Shown here piece by piece: positions 53,263 through 64,000 of a stretch of 64,000 nucleotides of DNA. The notes beneath the pieces are model-generated. The model saw only the letters and a program-made list of their open reading frames with translations. It was not told the DNA's origin and did no database searches. Source of the stretch: Chrysomallon squamiferum (lineage: Eukaryota > Animalia > Mollusca); NCBI GenBank assembly GCA_012295275.1, contig CM022665.1, forward strand, positions 21,700,001 to 21,764,000, in the 5' to 3' direction. The first letter of the stretch is position 1, and every line of letters begins with the position of its first letter. The translations under genes were made by a program, and so were the position numbers.

Positions 53263-54098
53263 CACACACACATACATGCATACACACATACACACACACA
53301 CATACATATACACAAACATATCATATTTATGCGGTCGATGAATATACAAATCCATATTCTACATTTTAGCTACGTCATTATTTTTATTATAATAATAAAA
53401 CTGTTACATTTCTCAACCTGAAATCAGAACGGAAAAAGCCAACTAGTCTAATATCATCCATATTTGAATCTTTACATGATCACGTGATTACGTACAGTAA
53501 CCGATGAATGAGATTTTTGTTCTCAGCAGATTGGTTATGGCATAACTGATGATGCCGAGTTATCTCTGAGATAAGAAACACTTTCAACAGTTCCTCAGGC
53601 CACTATTTTATGTAAAATTATCAACGTGTATTCAAAAAAATTATAATATTAATAGAATAAAAAAAAAAAAAATAATAAAAGGCTTTCAAAAAACCCCAGT
53701 AATTTAAAATGGAATGACGATTTTACTAATATGAGAAATTTTGTAGAAGCACATTTTTATTTTATTTTTTATTTTTTTAAATTGATAAAGATATCTGAAC
53801 TTATTCAGAAACGTAACTGATACGATATCAGACAGTTTTTAATTTTTCCTGCATATTTAGTTTTGTGCCCCTTCCGATACTAAATCTGAAATGGAAATAT
53901 TTGCAGTAATATACATCCCTAATCCTAGAATATAGCTGTAACCATTAAATATTATAAAGTATTTTTGACAACCGCCTTTAAACTTTCTAAGTTTAAATAT
54001 GATATAGATAGCTTACCCGTGCAGATAAAACATCTTAACAGAGTCAGTTTTAGTTAGCAGTAAGACAGTAAAATGTCAGTCCACAAACTATACACAAT

Positions 54099-54183
<85 letters not shown>

Positions 54184-54319
54184 TCTCTCTCTCTCTCTCT
54201 CTCTTCCCATATGTGTCCTTCTGAGTCATATTAAGTGATGATTTCTAAAGTGAAAAGAGAGATAGACCGTGTCTATATTTTCTCCAGTTTGTGCTGAACA
54301 AACGTGTCACTACTCGATG

Positions 54320-59456
<5,137 letters not shown>

Positions 59457-59919
59457 ATTATTATGTCTCTTCAAGTATTTTTATATCTGCAAAACAAAAG
59501 TATTTCATCGTATTATAAATTGTTGCTTTTTGTTGGTTTGGTGTGGAATTGGAGTTTTCTTATTTATTTATTTATTTATTTATTTATTATTATTATTGTT
59601 GTTGTTCTTGTTGTTGTTGTTGTTGTTATTATAGGTCAGCTTATTACTTGAAAATTGTTTTTATATTAGGAACTGAGGTTAATAACTTAAAGTGTACTTA
59701 CGATAATCATGAGGAAGGCTAAAAGCTTTGCAATAGGAAATAGTTGTATGTTATTCGACAATTATCATGAAACAGTTTTCCCTTTAAAATTTTGTTTCTT
59801 GTTAAAATTAAATGTAAATTAAGTCTCCATGAACTCGAAAATATTTAAAGTTGAAGCTTAGATAAATACACATTCACTTGATGATGCTCCATTTTTATTT
59901 AGCCGTATAACGTCATTGC

Positions 59920-59927
59920 TGACGTCA
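59920..59927. promoter_or_regulatory. CRE palindrome TGACGTCA upstream of the putative non-coding first exon of paralog D
   Basis: Exact motif match; minus-strand donor ATC|gtaagt at 59701. Confidence 0.35.
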
Positions 59928-59999
59928 TATGTGATCATTTGTTCCTTTATCTATTTGTCAGACATCATGTTTTGTTTCGGCTTATTTTCATTCTTTCTT

Positions 60000-60037
<38 letters not shown>

Positions 60038-60174
60038 CTCTTCTTTCATTCATTTTTTTTTTTTTTTTTTTATATTTTTATTTTAAATAGCGTGATCTCT
60101 GTATGAAAGGTAATTAACAGCATAAATAATTACATATCGCCTGGTGCCGAACAAAAGTGAACATATGTTTATAA

Positions 60175-60300
60175 CAGGCATGGGCAACCTTTTTAATGAC
60201 GCAATAGTTAAACATCAACATGTAGAGTACTGAAGCGTCCTGGGTTCAAATCCAGGTACTATTACCAGCTAAATCCTACATCGAGAGGCGTAAGATCATA
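60175..60300 (+). mobile_element. Solo hAT MITE end (CAGGCATGGGCAACCTTTTT) joined to a tRNA-like/SINE fragment
   Basis: 60175-60194 is identical to the start of the 2546 MITE. B-box-like GGGTTCAAATCC at ~60242-60253. Confidence 0.45.
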
Positions 60301-61583
60301 TATACTACACTCATTCATCTTTCTAGACAATGTTTGAAGACTACCTGAATTTGTTCACCACATGATCAGTTTGCATAGACACTTTGACCTTGTATATACA
60401 AGACCTGTTTATGATAATTATGTTTTCTATATCAAATACTTCTTGTTGAAAATGTTTTGACTTCTGTCTAATAGTATAAATTATTACTTTGTAAATATAA
60501 TTCGGAGGTGGAAGAATCATTCTCAGTGTCCGTGGCTAACAGTGTAGATAACAATAGACAAAAATGACCCATCAGACGCAACAGACATCGACAAACCAAC
60601 ATAATTCGACTACATGCAGATCCTACAACCCGACTATTGTTGGGATTGTTATTGTTATTGTTACTTTCTTGTCGTCGTCATTATCGTTATTATTACTGGT
60701 GTTGATTTATTTTTCTTTACTGATTTATTCCCACTTCTTCTTCTTCTTCTTATTTATTTATTTATTTCATTTCATTTCATTCATTTCATTTATTTCATTT
60801 TATTTCATTTTATTTTATTTATTCATTTATTTTATTATTAGTATTATATTATATTATATTATATTATATTATATTATACAGTTTTGGTTTGGTTCTTTCC
60901 TTTTGTTTTGATGTGGGGTGTATTACATTTGTAGTTCGATTAATTAATCCCCCGATTTTACCGCATATTTCAAAACCGCATTAAACAAAGACGAAAATGT
61001 ATGAAAATTGTTAAAATGAACCTTGTAAATAATAACACAATAATAAAAATAAAATAAAATTTATTTTGACTTTAATACATGTATTTTATAACCTAAAGTC
61101 GAACATTACGCTACACGTCATCAGCATAAAATTTGAAATGGCGCGAAAAACGATCTTCTTCTGATCGCTGATTGGCTGATGCTAATAAAAACAGATTCGC
61201 GGGGGAAAAAAAGAAAGAAACACACACACATATATGCCCCCATAAAAAAAAAAAAAAAAAAAAAAGACCAATGAAGCCGTCAGAGAAACATCAATATCGC
61301 TGCTATTACGACATGATGAAAAAAGTCAGATATCTGTATTGTGGTAAGTTTCCTGTTCTAATATTCCTGTCAGAACAGACTAATTAAATGCTTCACCCCC
61401 ACCCTCAAAAAATTAATTAATTAATCAGTCTGCTGAAGCGAATATCAGATACGGAAACTTACTACAATACAGACATATATAATTTGTTTTATTATTATTA
61501 TTATTTGACATATTTTAGATAAGCTTTCCAAATACGTTGTATCTTATGTGATAGATTCATTCGCTGTTGTCGTTGTTACGTTG

Positions 61584-63245
61584 CTACTGGTCGTCTGCTT
61601 TGGAAACATTTTCTTCTGATTCGAAAGCAAGGTTGTCATGGCTCCCTGAGGACTCCTCATCAACGTCCTCAAACAATCTCAGTGTGGGAATCTCTAAACT
61701 TTTTTTGTATCTCAGTTCCGGCACCTCCGACCCTATTTCTGGACGAACGTCGAACGCCACGTGCTTTTCTGACGATTCCTCTGGTTTCGATCTCTTCGAC
61801 CTTGGCGTAAAAGGCGAGGACTGCAAATATTTCCGGTAGATGGCACCGGGTGACATGATTTTTTTGTGCTCCTCAAATAATTCTTTGGCAGACATTCTTC
61901 GACTAGAAGGAGTGGACTCTTCTGTTGATACGTTGGCTGATCTGTAATAATAAGACTGATAATAAGAAGTAGTTGCAATGGTAGTAGTTGTAGTAGAGGT
62001 AGTACTAGTAGTAGTAGTAGAAGTACTTGTATTAGTAGTAGAAATTGCAATACAGATAGAAGTAGTTGTAATAGGAGTAGCATTAGAAGACGTAGTGGAA
62101 GTATTAGTAGTAATAGTAGTAATAGAAATACTGATAATAGTAATAGTAGTGGCTGAATAGGTAGTAGTAGTAGAACTAGTAGTAGAAGTATTAGTAGTAA
62201 AACTAGTAATAGAAGTGCTGGTAGTAGTAGTAATAGCAACAGTAGAGATAGTAGTATTAGAAGTAGTAGTAATGTCTGCCAAAGAAGTAACAGTGGTAGT
62301 ATTAGAAGTAGTAGAATTAGGGTAGTAATAATAGAAGTGGTTGTTGTAGTTGTAGTAGGAGTAGTAATGGTTATAGTAATAGTAGTAATGGAAATACCAA
62401 GAACAACAGCAGCAGCAACTAAAGCAACAACAACAACAACAATAATAATAATAATAATAATAATGATAATAACAAAAATAAAAACAACAACAACAATAAT
62501 AATCAGAATAATAACAAGAGGGAGAAGAAGACAAAGCATTACGACGTACTTTTTACAAAGACATATACAAATGGAAACAATTATCACGCATGCTATAACA
62601 CAGGCAGCAACAATGACCGCCACAATGACTGAGTTCATTTCAGATTCTGAAAAAAAAAATAATAATAATAATACAAATACTAAAAAAAATGTTTTAAATA
62701 CAAACAGTCTATTCATGTGTATGTGTGTATATGTATTCATGTATATATGTATGTGTGCATGTGTTAGGATTTGAATATCCTCTGTGTTCTGTACATCAGA
62801 TTAGACTCTGCACATAGACAATCTCTGGGAACCGCACTGGCCCAGGAGGACATGTATGCATGAATGTATGTATGTATGTATGTATGTATGTACGTATGTA
62901 TGTATGTAGTCTTGTATTTATGTATGTGTACATCGATGAATGAACGGATGTAAATATGCACCTGTGGGGCGGATGTGTGTGTGTGTGTGTGTGTTGTGTT
63001 TGTGTGTGTGTGTGTGTGTGTGTATGTGTGTGAGTGTTGTTTTAATTTACGTTTATGGTGCTTTGTACACGCAGTAACGGGACAGTCCTCTGGAAAATAA
63101 TAATTAATCGCTTTTCCAGGGCAGACCTCCACCGTGTCGTCACTGTGATTATTTGTCACACACTTTCTGCTTATTATTACAGTTCTTTTGCATGCACTCG
63201 AGCAGGGTCCTTGCAGCTTAGTCCAAGGCGTCCAGTAGCCATCAG
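61584..63245 (-). CDS. Receptor paralog E (5' part beyond window): TSP1-like + TM + cytoplasmic tail
   Basis: Exons 63245-63051 (DGYWTPW..CSSAC..RKC), 62646-62550 (97-nt TM exon, VIVAVIVAACVIACVIIVSICICLCKK), 61941-61584 (SANVSTEESTPSSRRMS...DDQ*). Phases 1,1,2 as in the other paralogs. Confidence 0.83.
62765..62852 (-). mobile_element. 3' fragment of the tRNA-derived SINE seen at 46015-46217
   Basis: taggatttgaatatcctctgt...attagactctgca...gcactggcccaggaggac aligns by eye with 46026-46100. Confidence 0.65.
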
Positions 63246-63659
63246 CTAGAATAATAAGTAGTAGAATAATTGATAGTAGTAGCAGTAGTAGCAGCAGTAG
63301 TAGTTACAGAAGTAGCAGTAGTAGCAGCGTTAGCAGTTATAGAAGTAGCAGCAGTAGTAGTTGTGGTAGTAGTTGTAGCAGAAGCGTTTACAGTAGTAGT
63401 AGTAGAAACGTTAGTAATAAAAAGAGTAGTACAATAAAATACAATATTATGATATACAGTAATATACAGACCCATACCATATTACACTATATCAAATCAA
63501 ACCATGTTAAACAGACATATCACATTAAACCATATGACACCATGCTAAACCATCATCCTTACTATATCACATAAAGAACTAAGTCACATCATAGCGAACT
63601 AGACCATATCAGACTAAGCTAAATCACAACACTATGCCATACAAATTTACTATACTGTT

Positions 63660-64000
63660 CTGTTTGAGCTGCAGTGCAATACACTAGACATTACAGTACA
63701 ATGCAGTACAATGCAATACAATGCATTACATTACAATATAATACTATACAATTCAACACAATTACAATTACAATATTACAATACAATACTATACAATTCA
63801 ACACAATGCAATACAATCCAGTACAATACAAAACGATACATCACATTACTATACAGTTCAATACAATACAATATAATGCAGTACAATACGATGCGTTATA
63901 CTACAATACAATACTATACAATTCAACACAATACTGTACAATGCAGTACAAGATAAAACGACACATTATACGTCAATACAATGCGGCACAGTGCAGTACT
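63660..64000. repeat. Degenerate (TACAA)n pentanucleotide satellite
   Basis: Directly visible; intronic in paralog E. Confidence 0.8.

Noticed and set aside
53676-53983. Possible Kolobok-like element (taaaaggctttcaaaaa ... tttttgacaaccgcctttaa)
   Set aside because: The inverted match is too short and degenerate to support without a repeat library.
61733-62740. Long ORFs 61584-62534 and 61733-62740 as a mucin or Leu-rich protein
   Set aside because: Mostly intronic (TAG/TAC)n trinucleotide repeat. Only 62646-62550 and 61941-61584 are bounded by splice sites as exons of paralog E.

Overview
AT-rich, microsatellite-dense animal genomic DNA with spliced genes; the gene content suggests a mollusc, probably a gastropod (inference). 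From left to right the window holds four things. (1) A degenerate Mutator-like transposon remnant and a hAT MITE, then an intact 9-exon DUF4140/DUF4139 (F37C4.5/MuiA-like) gene on + (2952-13664). Its intron 5 carries a 3-kb long-TIR Sola2-like transposon with a perfect 4-bp TSD. (2) A tandem family of at least four minus-strand single-pass receptor genes, here A (26508-16052), C (49283-45027), D (59456-54320) and E (>63245-61584). They are built from phase-1 cassettes of an atypical 4-Cys Ig domain and variant TSP1 repeats in different copy numbers (A 1 Ig+7 TSP1, C 1+1, D 2+1, E partial). They share a 52-nt signal-peptide coding segment and 91-97-nt TM exons, but their tails are unrelated: Tyr-motif type in A, PKA-site plus PP1-docking type in C, D and E. 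(3) A GH10 xylanase (CBM plus catalytic domain) pseudogene on + (27958-43636) between A and C. Its first intron holds a ~10.5-kb three-level tandem array (40/42-bp monomers, 82-bp dimers, ~1-kb units, 11 copies). (4) tRNA-derived SINE copies, a LINE 3' end and many mini/microsatellites. The most novel candidate system is the modular Ig-TSP1 receptor cluster. All gene models were assembled by eye from splice sites and reading frame; no database searches were run.
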